Positions 24,201 through 33,568 of a stretch of 64,000 nt of DNA are shown in pieces. The translations under genes and the position numbers were made by a program. Origin of the DNA: an uncultured Alphaproteobacteria bacterium (lineage in GTDB: Bacteria; Pseudomonadota; Alphaproteobacteria; Rs-D84). The stretch is taken from the NCBI GenBank assembly GCA_944389515.1, contig CALXMQ010000001.1, forward strand, positions 7,079 to 71,078. Reading direction: 5' to 3'. Position 1 is the first letter of the stretch, and each line of letters opens with the position of its first letter. Below the pieces are notes generated by a model. It was given only the letters and a program-made list of their open reading frames with translations. It was not told the origin of the DNA and searched no databases.

Positions 24201-25475
24201 ATGAGTGACGATAAAATTAAATCCACTGATGATACACAGACAAATACGCCGCCACAATTTTGCAGTTTTTGTGGCAAGGCTGTGTATGAAGTAAAAAAAC
24301 TGGTCAGTGGGCGCAATGTATGTATTTGTGATGAATGTATAAATCTGTGTAATGATATTATGGCAGATGATATGCGTGATGAAATCAGTACGAATACAAC
24401 AAAATTACCAACACCACGGCAAATTTATAACTTTTTGAACGAATATATTGTTGGCCAAGATAATGCAAAACGTACTTTGTCGGTGGCGGTATATAATCAT
24501 TATAAACGTCACAGTGTGTCCATGGATACCAAGGTTGAAATTCAAAAATCAAATGTTTTGCTGATTGGGCCGACTGGCACGGGTAAAACTTTGTTTGCCC
24601 AAACGTTGGCGCGTATTTTGGATGTGCCGTTCGCAATCGCAGACGCCACCACTTTGACCGAGGCTGGATACGTTGGTGATGACGTGGAAAGCGTTTTAAC
24701 ACGACTGTTGCAAAATGCGAATTTTGATGTTGAACGTGCTGGTCGTGGAATAATTTACATCGATGAAATCGACAAAATTGCGCGTAAATCTGAAAATCCA
24801 TCATTGACGCGCGATGTTTCTGGCGAAGGTGTACAACAGGCGTTGTTAAAATTAGTCGAAGGCACAGTTGCAAATGTGCCAGCCGGTGGGGCAGGGCGCA
24901 AACACCCGGGCGAGGCCACTGTGCAACTGGATACATCCAAGATTTTATTTATCTGTGGTGGGGCATTTGATGGATTAAATAAAATTATTGGTGCGCGTAC
25001 CAATGAACGTGCTGGTATCGGGTTTGGTGCGCACGTAGAATCGAAAAAAGAACGCGATGCCAAGAATCGCTTGGACGATGTTCAACCCGAAGATTTGGTA
25101 AAGTTTGGTATTATTCCTGAATTGGTTGGGCGTTTGCCGATCGTAACGACATTACAGGATTTAGACGAAGACGCATTAGTAAAAATTTTGACAGAGCCCA
25201 AAAATGCAATCGTAAAGCAATATGCGGCGATGTTGGAAATGGATGGCGTGAAATTGACGATAACTGATGACGGGTTGCGTGCGATTGCGAAACGTGCGGT
25301 CGAACGTAAAACAGGTGCGCGCGGATTGCGCAGTATTTTGGAAAAAATATTGCTGGAACCGATGTTCGAAGCCCCTGAAAAAGAAGATTTGGCCGAAATC
25401 GTAATTGACAAGGATGTTGTTGCCGGTAAAAAGCCACCGGTGGAAATATTGCGTGATGCCAAGAAAGTTGCATAA
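24201..25475 (+). CDS. clpX: ATP-dependent Clp protease ATP-binding subunit ClpX
   Basis: N-terminal zinc-binding CSFCGK...CDECI, Walker [19 protein letters not shown]: canonical ClpX. Confidence 0.95.
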   Translation: MSDDKIKSTDDTQTNTPPQFCSFCGKAVYEVKKLVSGRNVCICDECINLCNDIMADDMRDEISTNTTKLPTPRQIYNFLNEYIVGQDNAKRTLSVAVYNHYKRHSVSMDTKVEIQKSNVLLIGPTGTGKTLFAQTLARILDVPFAIADATTLTEAGYVGDDVESVLTRLLQNANFDVERAGRGIIYIDEIDKIARKSENPSLTRDVSGEGVQQALLKLVEGTVANVPAGGAGRKHPGEATVQLDTSKILFICGGAFDGLNKIIGARTNERAGIGFGAHVESKKERDAKNRLDDVQPEDLVKFGIIPELVGRLPIVTTLQDLDEDALVKILTEPKNAIVKQYAAMLEMDGVKLTITDDGLRAIAKRAVERKTGARGLRSILEKILLEPMFEAPEKEDLAEIVIDKDVVAGKKPPVEILRDAKKVA

Positions 25476-25504
25476 AAACACGGGGCAAACGCCCCGTGTT
25501 TTTA
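25474..25504. terminator. Bidirectional intrinsic terminator
   Basis: AACACGGGGC-aaac-GCCCCGTGTT flanked by A- and T-runs. Confidence 0.75.
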
Positions 25505-26191
25505 TTATCCTGTAAATCTGTTTGAATAATAACAATCACCCCCGGTTATTGTGAAAAAGCCCGTATCATCCAAAGAATTTGTATTGTTTGGAATATAGCA
25601 TTCTTGGATTGATATTGCGCCGGGTTCGGACGTTGAACCATTGACAATCATTGGTGCAAATCCATCTTGAATAATCGTATATTGTGGGCATAGTTGGCAT
25701 GTATATGTGTTATCAGTTGTGTTCTTTTTACTGTAACGATTTTGGTTACATATTGGTGGCTGTGACCATATGGTACATGTTGCGTCATCCGGGCATTCAG
25801 CACATGCGCCTGCGCTGATTTGGCCATTTACGGTTGTTTTTGATGTGGCGTACCAATTTGATACACATTTATAAACACATTGGGCACTGCTTGTATCCTT
25901 TACACATTTTGCCATACGCCCAAGTGTTGCGGTGTTCCACGATGTTTCACTGGGGCATTCGTCGGGGCATTCTGTTTTATCGTCGTCATCATCGCCACCC
26001 CCAGGGCCAATTATACCACCGCATTCTGCGATACACCATATAGAGCTGGATGCACAGCAAATTGTTGGACTGCTGCTGCATAAAACTTCGTTTTCGCGGC
26101 CTGCGATTGGGCATGGTTGGGTCAAAGATGTTGTTGCATATGCCACAGATGCTGAAAATATTACAACAAGTGCAAAGAATATTTGTTTCAC
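25505..26191 (-). CDS. Cys-rich secreted protein, family B
   Basis: Start moved to GTG 26191 (VKQIFFALVVIFSASVAYA, GGGGGA RBS). The upstream 36 codons of the tracked ORF are leader DNA. Motifs: CVSNWYATS, CAECPDDATCT, ECYIPNNTNSLDDTGFFTITGGDCYY. Confidence 0.8.
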   Translation of the reverse strand: MKQIFFALVVIFSASVAYATTSLTQPCPIAGRENEVLCSSSPTICCASSSIWCIAECGGIIGPGGGDDDDDKTECPDECPSETSWNTATLGRMAKCVKDTSSAQCVYKCVSNWYATSKTTVNGQISAGACAECPDDATCTIWSQPPICNQNRYSKKNTTDNTYTCQLCPQYTIIQDGFAPMIVNGSTSEPGAISIQECYIPNNTNSLDDTGFFTITGGDCYYSNRFTG

Positions 26192-26215
26192 TGATATCCC
26201 CCTGGGTTTGTTTAC

Positions 26216-26379
26216 AACCCACCGATTTATTTCGGCAAAAAAGGGGATAAAAAAATCCCAGAAAATTGGGATTTTTGAAACAAATAAAAACGCCACCATA
26301 ATCGGTGGTTTATTTTCGGCATTTATTTACATCTATTTTACCCCAAAATCCGCCCACACGTCAACACCATTTTTGACGT
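26216..26379 (-). promoter_or_regulatory. Conserved promoter plus leader cassette, type 2, copy L2
   Basis: Palindrome ACGTCAA-N8-TTGACGT (26358-26379). -35 TTGACG (26364-59), N18, -10 TAAAAT (26340-35). The leader is nearly base-for-base identical to L1. Confidence 0.6.
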
Positions 26380-26568
26380 TTTTATCAGTGTTTTTATTTA
26401 TATTGAATTTCTGTTAAAACCAATGATTCTGAAAAAGAGACGGTTTTATTTAATCTGATAATCAATCTGTCCACAAAATTTCATTTTTCATGACAGCAAT
26501 ATTGATAATTGTAATCTGTCTGTTTCGATACAGGAATAAAAAAACACCCAAAATGGGTGCTTTATTTC

Positions 26569-26653
26569 TGGTGGCCCTGGTCGGACTCGAACCGACACTC
26601 CTTGCAGAACTTGATTTTGAGTCAAGCGCGTCTACCAATTCCGCCACGGGGCC
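26569..26653 (-). tRNA. tRNA-Leu (anticodon CAA)
   Basis: 85 nt: GGCCCCG acceptor, GGCGGAATTGGTAGACGC D-arm, anticodon stem CTTGA/TCAAG with loop CTCAAAA, long variable arm, GGTTCGAGTCC T-arm, encoded CCA. Confidence 0.9.
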
Positions 26654-26671
26654 AAAACGCAATACAACAAA

Positions 26672-27046
26672 TTATTTTGTTGCAGCCTTGCGTGATTCAA
26701 CCTTTTTAACCAAACGTGCACTGCGATTCGCTTTGTGTGTTGGTTTTTTTGTTGGTTTTTCCACTGTGCCAATCTTTTTATTGATGGCCTTTTTTATAGC
26801 CGCCATTTCAGGTGTTAAACGAGACGGTGATTTTGACATCACATACGCATCCAGACCGCCATGCTTGGTCAATGTACGCAGGCCAGCCGTTGAAATACGC
26901 AGTGAAAAATCGCGATTCAAAATATCGCTGTGAAATTTTAACTTTTGCAAATTGGGCAAAAATGTACGCTTTGTATGACGTTCAGAATGCGATACGTTCA
27001 TACCAACCATTGTTTTTTTGCCTGTAACTTTACATACGCGTGGCAT
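26672..27046 (-). CDS. rpmB: 50S ribosomal protein L28 with a Lys-rich C-terminal tail
   Basis: Start moved to MPRVCKVTGKKTMVGMNVSHSERHTKRTFLPNLQ (AAGGA RBS). Canonical L28 N-terminus. Confidence 0.9.
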   Translation of the reverse strand: MPRVCKVTGKKTMVGMNVSHSERHTKRTFLPNLQKLKFHSDILNRDFSLRISTAGLRTLTKHGGLDAYVMSKSPSRLTPEMAAIKKAINKKIGTVEKPTKKPTHKANRSARLVKKVESRKAATK

Positions 27047-27204
27047 ATTATAATCCTTTGATAACTGGGGCATAATTTATACTACAATTCCCAAAAAGTC
27101 AAGAATTGTTTTATTATTTTTTATACCGCGACAGTTTGCACATTATATCACAATTTTTTCAAATTGCAATGTGTTATGATAAATCAATGTTTTGATTCCT
27201 GTAC

Positions 27205-27234
27205 CTTGAAATTACATAAAATGCTACTATATAT
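27205..27234 (+). promoter_or_regulatory. Putative sigma-32 (RpoH) type promoter of clpB
   Basis: CTTG (27205-08), N18, CTATATAT (27227-34). Identical -10 element and spacing to the clpP promoter. Confidence 0.45.
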
Positions 27235-27263
27235 AGAGAAAAATAACAAGGAGATACATATCT

Positions 27264-29321
27264 ATGAATCCAGAAGAAATGCAAGAAACGCCAGAACAGG
27301 CGATTGCAAAATATACCACTGATTTTACTAAATTGGCGGCAGATGGAAAATTAGACCCGGTCATTGGACGTGACGAAGAAATTCGTCGCACTATCCAGGT
27401 TTTGTCCCGGCGTACAAAAAATAACCCTGTGCTGATTGGTAATCCGGGTGTTGGAAAAACAGCAATAGTCGAAGGTTTGGCCGAACGAATCGTATCACGC
27501 GATGTGCCCGAAAATTTATTGAACAAGAAATTGTTATCTTTGGATATGGGCGCAATGATGGCTGGCGCGATGTTTCGTGGTCAATTCGAAGGTCGGTTCA
27601 AGGCGATATTAAAGGCGGTCAAAGATTCTGATGGGCAAATTATTTTGTTCATTGATGAATTACATACATTGGTCGGCGCTGGCAAAGGCGAAGGTTCAAT
27701 GGATGCAGGTAATTTGATAAAACCAATGTTGGCGCGTGGCGAATTGCACTGTTTGGGGGCGACGACGCTGGATGAATATCGGCAATATATTGAAAAAGAC
27801 CCGGCATTGGCGCGGCGTTTCCAGCCTGTATATGTTGATGAACCATCTGTGGATGATACGATTTCAATTCTGCGTGGATTAAAAGAAAAATACGAAGGTC
27901 ATCATGGTGTTCGTATTTCTGATGCGGCGTTGGTATCCGCAGTGCGTTTATCGAATCGATATATCACAGACCGATTTTTGCCGGATAAAGCAATCGACTT
28001 GATTGATGAGGCCGCAGCACGTGTTCGTATAGAGGTTGCGTCAAAACCTGATAAACTGGATGAAGTTGACCGGCATTTGATGCAGTTGAAAATAGAACAG
28101 CAGGCGTTGAAAAAAGAAAAAGACGAAGATTCAAAAAAGCGGTTGAAAGAATTAGAAACAATTATCCGTGATACCGAGGCAGAATCTGCCAAACTGACCG
28201 CAGATTGGCGCGCAGAACAAGAAAAAATGCGTGCGTTATCTGATGCGATGGCAGCATTGGATGCCGCCAAAGCCGAAGTCGCCAGCGCAATGCGTAACGG
28301 CGATTATGAAAAGGCGTCTGCATTACAATACGGCAAGATTCCAGAATTGGAACAACAAATCAGTAAAATGAATACTGATGCGCGTGAATATAAAACTGTG
28401 TTACCAGAACATATTGCGGCCGTGGTCAGTAAATGGACTGGGGTGCCGGCAGATAAATTGAGTATGGAAGAACAATCAAAATTGTTAAACATAGAAGATG
28501 AATTGCGCAAACGCGTTGTTGGCCAAGATCATGCGCTGACTGTTGTTGCACGTGCGATTCGTCGCAGCCGCGCAGGGTTATCTGACCCACATCGGCCATC
28601 GGGCAGCTTTATGTTCTTGGGGCCAACAGGGGTTGGAAAAACAGAAGTTGCCAAAGCGTTGGCAGAATATCTGTTTAATGATGAAACGGCCATGACCCGT
28701 ATTGATATGAGTGAATATATGGAACCGCATTCTGTGTCACGTCTGATTGGCAGTCCCCCAGGATATGTTGGATATGAACAAGGTGGGGTTTTGACAGAAA
28801 GTGTTCGTCGTCGTCCGTACCAGGTTTTATTGTTCGATGAAATCGAAAAGGCAAATCCAGATGTATTTAACGTGTTTTTGCAAATACTGGATGATGGACG
28901 TTTAACAGATGGCCAGGGACATGTGGTAAACTTTACGAACACCATTATAATTATGACCAGTAATTTGCCTGATATGGATGCGGTCAAAAAACAATTCCGT
29001 CCGGAATTTATAAATCGTATTGACGAAATTGTATTCTTTAATCCGTTGGGCAAAGACGTTATGGCTGGGATTGTTAAAATCCAGTTACGTAATCTGGAAA
29101 ATCGTTTGGCAGAACGTCGGATAAGTTTGAACGTATCAGACAAGGCGATTAAATGGTTGGGCGATAATGGATACGATCCTGTATTTGGTGCGCGGCCATT
29201 GAAACGACTGATTACGTCCGCGGTCGAAGATAAAATCGCAGATTTGATTTTGTCTGGCACAGTGGGCGAAGGCAGCACCGTTGTTGTCGATGTTCATGGT
29301 AAAGATTTGATTGTCGAATAA
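27264..29321 (+). CDS. clpB: ClpB disaggregase lacking the N-terminal domain
   Basis: 685 aa starting near the position of the internal start of E. coli ClpB (..[44 protein letters not shown]). Both Walker A motifs ([16 protein letters not shown]) and the coiled-coil M-domain are present. No upstream ORF encodes an N-domain. Confidence 0.9.
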   Translation: MNPEEMQETPEQAIAKYTTDFTKLAADGKLDPVIGRDEEIRRTIQVLSRRTKNNPVLIGNPGVGKTAIVEGLAERIVSRDVPENLLNKKLLSLDMGAMMAGAMFRGQFEGRFKAILKAVKDSDGQIILFIDELHTLVGAGKGEGSMDAGNLIKPMLARGELHCLGATTLDEYRQYIEKDPALARRFQPVYVDEPSVDDTISILRGLKEKYEGHHGVRISDAALVSAVRLSNRYITDRFLPDKAIDLIDEAAARVRIEVASKPDKLDEVDRHLMQLKIEQQALKKEKDEDSKKRLKELETIIRDTEAESAKLTADWRAEQEKMRALSDAMAALDAAKAEVASAMRNGDYEKASALQYGKIPELEQQISKMNTDAREYKTVLPEHIAAVVSKWTGVPADKLSMEEQSKLLNIEDELRKRVVGQDHALTVVARAIRRSRAGLSDPHRPSGSFMFLGPTGVGKTEVAKALAEYLFNDETAMTRIDMSEYMEPHSVSRLIGSPPGYVGYEQGGVLTESVRRRPYQVLLFDEIEKANPDVFNVFLQILDDGRLTDGQGHVVNFTNTIIIMTSNLPDMDAVKKQFRPEFINRIDEIVFFNPLGKDVMAGIVKIQLRNLENRLAERRISLNVSDKAIKWLGDNGYDPVFGARPLKRLITSAVEDKIADLILSGTVGEGSTVVVDVHGKDLIVE

Positions 29322-29352
29322 CAAACACGGGGCAAATGCCCCGTGTTTATTT
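29322..29352. terminator. Bidirectional intrinsic terminator
   Basis: AACACGGGGCA-aa-TGCCCCGTGTT between convergent genes. Confidence 0.7.
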
Positions 29353-30978
29353 TTGATTACCTATTATAAATCGACGCATTTGTGCAATTTTTTTCATGCG
29401 TTCGGTTTCCAGATATACTTTGGCTTTATTGCTTAGTTCCAATATTGCTGTGCCGTTTGACATGTTTGTTATTCCGTTGGCATAAATATTGTACTGGGAA
29501 AACTTTTGTTTATATTCAGGAATACGTGAACGTAAATTTACGTCATACACCATCCATGTCGGAATTGCTGGATATTTTGGATTATTTACAACTGTTCCAT
29601 GTATTGCCAAAACCGTGTTATCGCACAATAATTTGATTTTTGTGTCAACATGATTGCCAATAAATTTCACGCCGTTGATATAAATGTCATTGTACGTGCC
29701 ATCCAGTGTGGTTTTGATTGATTTTACGGTCACAGTTATGTTTTGATACTGTACGGCATTGGCGTTTTTACGCACGGTTTCTGGGGTGATAACTGGTTCG
29801 TCGTTGTGCAAAATATGATGCAACAAGTTATTTTGACGTGCCATATTGTCGGGTGTTGCGACTTGTATCAATTTGCACCGAACTTCATTGCCAGATTTAT
29901 TTATAATAACAGTATTACTTAGCGTGGCACGTGCCTTGATTTTGGGTGTGTTCATCGGCATAGAATACACTTGTTCAATTATGTCAGTATCAGAAATGAT
30001 GGTAAATCTGCGTGATGAATCGTGTGACATATATATTTTGTGCAAATGCGGTTCGTATCCAACAGATGTCAGCCCGTATTTTGAAAATGGCACAACGGTA
30101 TGGTTATTGACATCAATCACATACAGATTGAATTGATTGTCGCCTTTTTTCTTGCGTACGATGGCGATGTTTGTTTTGTCGTCGAACAAACATAAATCGT
30201 ATGGGGTACTTGCACCAGTCAATATTGGATAACCATTGTTTTGATTGGTGGTGTATAAATTAAATGTCCCATTTCTTGTTGCCTTGCAGTACAACGGTAA
30301 ATGAACAACATTTGGTTTTTCGCAATGTGGTGTGGCAACTGGTGCGACAGATGATTGTTTTTTATGGTGAACCCGGTGAAATGACTGGGTCACAGTATTA
30401 TAATTTGAAAATCGACGTGCCAATTCGGAATTCAGTTCAGCCGGTATTTCTTTGCCGGATGATTTATAACGCCCCAGTATTGTACGCAGTGATGTATCAC
30501 GCATTTTAGCGAATCGGTCTTTGGACTGATTCGTATTTGCAATGCGGCCACGCTTAAATATTTGTGTTGTTGGGTTATAGTTGGGGAACCGGCGCGCCAA
30601 TTCTGCGTTTAATTCATTATCAATTTGGGTACCTGATTTTTTTGTTTGATGATAAATTTGGCGCAGACGAATATCGGGCAATTCAGACAACGGTACTGAT
30701 TTATTACCCAAAGCTTTCGGTGGTTGTATCTTGGGAATTGACGTTTTTGTTTGTACAGATTTGCCGTCACTTTGCGTCGACATTTCGTTTGACGATATCA
30801 GTTCGTTTAATGCGCCCATAACAAAATTTATTGCTATTTTTTTTGCGATTGCATCAGACAGGTTTGCGGCCGTGCGCTGAAAATCACGAAAAGCTGCTGC
30901 CACAGTTTTATCACTTAAAATTTTTTCAGCCAGTTGTTCCAGAAAACTTTCCGACCCAGAATTTGTTGTTTTGGGCAT
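29347..30978 (-). CDS. Hypothetical protein with a tandem ~45-aa repeat
   Basis: 543 aa with no signal peptide. Two copies of a motif: ...TKKSGTQIDNELNAELARRFPNYNPTTQIFKRG and ...YKSSGKEIPAELNSELARRFSNYNTVTQSFHRV. The C-terminal two thirds look beta-rich. No family recognised. Confidence 0.7.
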   Translation of the reverse strand: MPKTTNSGSESFLEQLAEKILSDKTVAAAFRDFQRTAANLSDAIAKKIAINFVMGALNELISSNEMSTQSDGKSVQTKTSIPKIQPPKALGNKSVPLSELPDIRLRQIYHQTKKSGTQIDNELNAELARRFPNYNPTTQIFKRGRIANTNQSKDRFAKMRDTSLRTILGRYKSSGKEIPAELNSELARRFSNYNTVTQSFHRVHHKKQSSVAPVATPHCEKPNVVHLPLYCKATRNGTFNLYTTNQNNGYPILTGASTPYDLCLFDDKTNIAIVRKKKGDNQFNLYVIDVNNHTVVPFSKYGLTSVGYEPHLHKIYMSHDSSRRFTIISDTDIIEQVYSMPMNTPKIKARATLSNTVIINKSGNEVRCKLIQVATPDNMARQNNLLHHILHNDEPVITPETVRKNANAVQYQNITVTVKSIKTTLDGTYNDIYINGVKFIGNHVDTKIKLLCDNTVLAIHGTVVNNPKYPAIPTWMVYDVNLRSRIPEYKQKFSQYNIYANGITNMSNGTAILELSNKAKVYLETERMKKIAQMRRFIIGNQK

Positions 30979-31056
30979 ATCATCATCCTTGGGTTCATAA
31001 TTTTTTAATAATATTTTTTATGTGACGTTTTGCCCCATAATCAGATTTATACAATA

Positions 31057-32862
31057 TTATTTTTGTTTTTTATCCTTGAATTGAATATCACGCAGTTTTT
31101 TATATTCACCGTCCAATGCGACCAATTCTGAATCTGTACCTTGTTCTATGATTTTTCCATCTTTGACCACGCATATAATATCTGCATCCAAAATGGTTGA
31201 TAATCTGTGGGCAATTACAAATGTTGTACGTCCACGCATTAAATCGCGCAGTGCAGATTGAATTTGTTTTTCACTTTGTGTATCCAATGCAGACGTGGCT
31301 TCGTCCAACAATAATATTGGTGCATCTTTTAATATTGCACGGGCAATAGCGATTCGTTGCTTTTGCCCACCAGACAATAACGCCCCACCTTCACCAACTT
31401 TGGATTTATATTTATGCGGAAATGCCATAATAAAATCATGGGCGTTTGCCGCACGTGCCGCGGCAATTACTTGTTCTGATGTGGCGTTTGGGGCACCATA
31501 TTTTATATTATCTTCGATTGTACCATTAAACAGAAATACGTCTTGGGATACTTCTGCAATATTTTGACGTAATGATTTCAGTGTATATTTCTGGATATCG
31601 GTATTGTTTATTTCGACTTTGCCACGTTGGGGTTCATAAAAACGTTCAATTAAATTGAACATTGTTGTTTTACCACCACCAGACGGCCCAACTAATGCGC
31701 ATACTTTGCCAGCCGGCACGTTCAAATTTATATCACGCAAAATCGGTTCACCAGGCGTATATTCAAATGATACATGGTTGAATTTGACCGACAGTTTCCC
31801 AGGTTTTAATTCACGGGCATTTGGCGCATCGACAATATCTGGCTTGCTGTCCAGGAAATTAAACAAAACTTCGGCAGCCAACAAACCATGTTGTACGGTG
31901 TTGCTGGTGCTGGTAATGCTGCGCGCTGGTTTATACGCCGCGGTCAACGCCAATAAAAATGCAGTAAAATCACCGGTTGTAATTGCACCAGTCACAATAA
32001 AATGCCCACCTGCAATCAAGGCCAAACATAATCCGATTGAAATCATCAGTTCCAATAATGGTGATTGCAGTGCAAATGCCTGGGTTCCTTTGTATGAGTT
32101 TACCATTGACGAATTCAAAACACGTTCGAATTTTTTTGTTTCTGTATCTTCATTGGCAAATGCCTGGATTGTTTTAATGCCATGCAATGTTTGATTCAAA
32201 TGTTGGGATACATCGTTTGCAATACCAAACGATTCGCGTGATAATTTACGCCGGCGACGCATAATTAAAACCATTGGTATCATTATCGCAGGCACTAAAA
32301 ATATCAATATCGCGCATAATTGTGGGGCATAATAAATCATCAACCCCAATGTCATTGCCAATGTTGCAATTTGTTGAACAGTACTGATAAGTGTCCCGGT
32401 AACCAAATTCAAAACAGCACCAGCCTGGACACTGAAATAATTCAAATGTTTACCAATTCCATCGCCATAGAAATTGGAAATATTCATTTTTACCATATGG
32501 TTATATATGCGCTTTTGCAAATCTGCGCTGGCGTTCAGACCGGCTTTGGCCATTATCAGTGATTTAGCGTAACTGAATATTCCCTTGAATCCAAATGCAG
32601 CGATAACTTGCAGTCCGAAAAAGTAAATATGCGCCATACTTTTTTGTATAAACGCCTTGTCTACAACCTGTTGTACCAGGGTGATTGTATATGCTTCGGC
32701 TGCTGCCGCACATATTGTTGCGATTACGCCGCACACCAACCATTTCCATTGTGGTTTGCCGATTTCGCGCCATACACGCCCATATAAAGACCATTTGATA
32801 CGGGCGTTATTTTCATCGCCCCGGATAAGTTTTTTTATACTTTTCTTTATTTTCTGTAACAT
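31057..32862 (-). CDS. ABC transporter, fused permease/ATPase (MsbA-like exporter)
   Basis: Start moved to MLQKIKKSIKK. Six-TM ABC exporter domain followed by Walker A GPSGGGKTT, signature LSGGQKQRIAIARA and Walker B ILLLDEATSALD. Confidence 0.85.
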   Translation of the reverse strand: MLQKIKKSIKKLIRGDENNARIKWSLYGRVWREIGKPQWKWLVCGVIATICAAAAEAYTITLVQQVVDKAFIQKSMAHIYFFGLQVIAAFGFKGIFSYAKSLIMAKAGLNASADLQKRIYNHMVKMNISNFYGDGIGKHLNYFSVQAGAVLNLVTGTLISTVQQIATLAMTLGLMIYYAPQLCAILIFLVPAIMIPMVLIMRRRRKLSRESFGIANDVSQHLNQTLHGIKTIQAFANEDTETKKFERVLNSSMVNSYKGTQAFALQSPLLELMISIGLCLALIAGGHFIVTGAITTGDFTAFLLALTAAYKPARSITSTSNTVQHGLLAAEVLFNFLDSKPDIVDAPNARELKPGKLSVKFNHVSFEYTPGEPILRDINLNVPAGKVCALVGPSGGGKTTMFNLIERFYEPQRGKVEINNTDIQKYTLKSLRQNIAEVSQDVFLFNGTIEDNIKYGAPNATSEQVIAAARAANAHDFIMAFPHKYKSKVGEGGALLSGGQKQRIAIARAILKDAPILLLDEATSALDTQSEKQIQSALRDLMRGRTTFVIAHRLSTILDADIICVVKDGKIIEQGTDSELVALDGEYKKLRDIQFKDKKQK

Positions 32863-33015
32863 GAAACTAATTATAAGTGGTGGGGCAAATTCTGTCCAGT
32901 GAAAGATTAAAATCATGTTTTTTCATTTTTAATTTGACAATATTACTAAATATGTATAAAATTTGTGAGCTTTCAAAGAGTTTTGAAAAGCAAAAATATA
33001 AAAAAGCAAAGTTTT

Positions 33016-33091
33016 GGGGTTGTAGCTCAGTTGGTAGAGCACCTGCTTTGCAAGCAGGGGGTCGTCAGTTCGAGTCTGATCAGCTCCACCA
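33016..33091 (+). tRNA. tRNA-Ala (anticodon UGC)
   Basis: 76 nt: GGGGTTGTAGCTCAGTTGGTAGAGCACCTGCTTTGCAAGCAGGGGGTCGTCAGTTCGAGTCTGATCAGCTCCACCA. Has the G3:U70 pair and anticodon loop TTTGCAA. Confidence 0.95.
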
Positions 33092-33125
33092 TAAAAATAA
33101 ATGCGTCAAAGGGGGTGAATATACG

Positions 33126-33332
33126 ATGGTGAAAGTTCTGGTTCGCGACAATAACGTCGAACAGGCATTGCGCGTTGCAAAACGTAAATCACAAAAAGAA
33201 GGCCTGTATCGCGAAATGAAGGAACGTCAGCGTTATGAAAAACCAACAACTAAACGCAAACGTTTAAAAGAAGAAGCCGTGCGTAACGAAAAGAAACGTC
33301 AATCAAAACAACGTATGGTCTTTGGATTCTAA
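33126..33332 (+). CDS. rpsU: 30S ribosomal protein S21
   Basis: Start moved to [46 protein letters not shown]. Canonical S21; the longer tracked ORF runs through the tRNA. Confidence 0.9.
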   Translation: MVKVLVRDNNVEQALRVAKRKSQKEGLYREMKERQRYEKPTTKRKRLKEEAVRNEKKRQSKQRMVFGF

Positions 33333-33339
33333 AAAAATA

Positions 33340-33366
33340 AATGCCGCCCGTTTGGGCGGTTTTTTT
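33340..33366 (+). terminator. Intrinsic terminator of rpsU
   Basis: CCGCCC-gttt-GGGCGG followed by T7. Confidence 0.75.
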
Positions 33367-33400
33367 GCATTTTTTGTTAAAAATACAAGTACTGATAAAA

Positions 33401-33568
33401 ACGTCAAAAATGGTATTGACGTGTGGGCGGATTTTGGGGTAAAATAAACATAAATAAATGCCGAAAATAAACCACCGATTAAAATCGGCGTTTTTATTTT
33501 TGAAAAAATCCCCATTTTCTGCATTTTTTATTCCCCCTTTTTTGCCGAAAAAAATCGGTGGTTTTATT
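33401..33568 (+). promoter_or_regulatory. Conserved promoter plus leader cassette, type 2, copy L3 (more diverged)
   Basis: Palindrome ACGTCAA-N8-TTGACGT (33401-33422). -35 TTGACG (33416-21), N18, -10 TAAAAT (33440-45). Leader ATGCCGAAAATAAACCACCGATT...TTTTTTGCCGAAAAAAATCGGTGG. Confidence 0.55.

Noticed and set aside
25932-26417. ORFs on the opposite strand of the type 2 cassettes sharing GGLFSAFIY.YFTPKSAHTS (also 12613-12834 and 33303-33524)
   Set aside because: Conservation is explained by the promoter/leader cassette on the other strand. The ORFs have different lengths and ends, no RBS, and they run across the -10/-35 boxes.
27074-27263. Possibility that the ClpB N-domain is encoded by a separate or frameshifted upstream ORF
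   Set aside because: The 190-bp upstream region is AT-rich and has no ORF in any frame resembling a Clp N-domain. It contains the sigma-32-like promoter, so the N-domain is genuinely absent from this locus.
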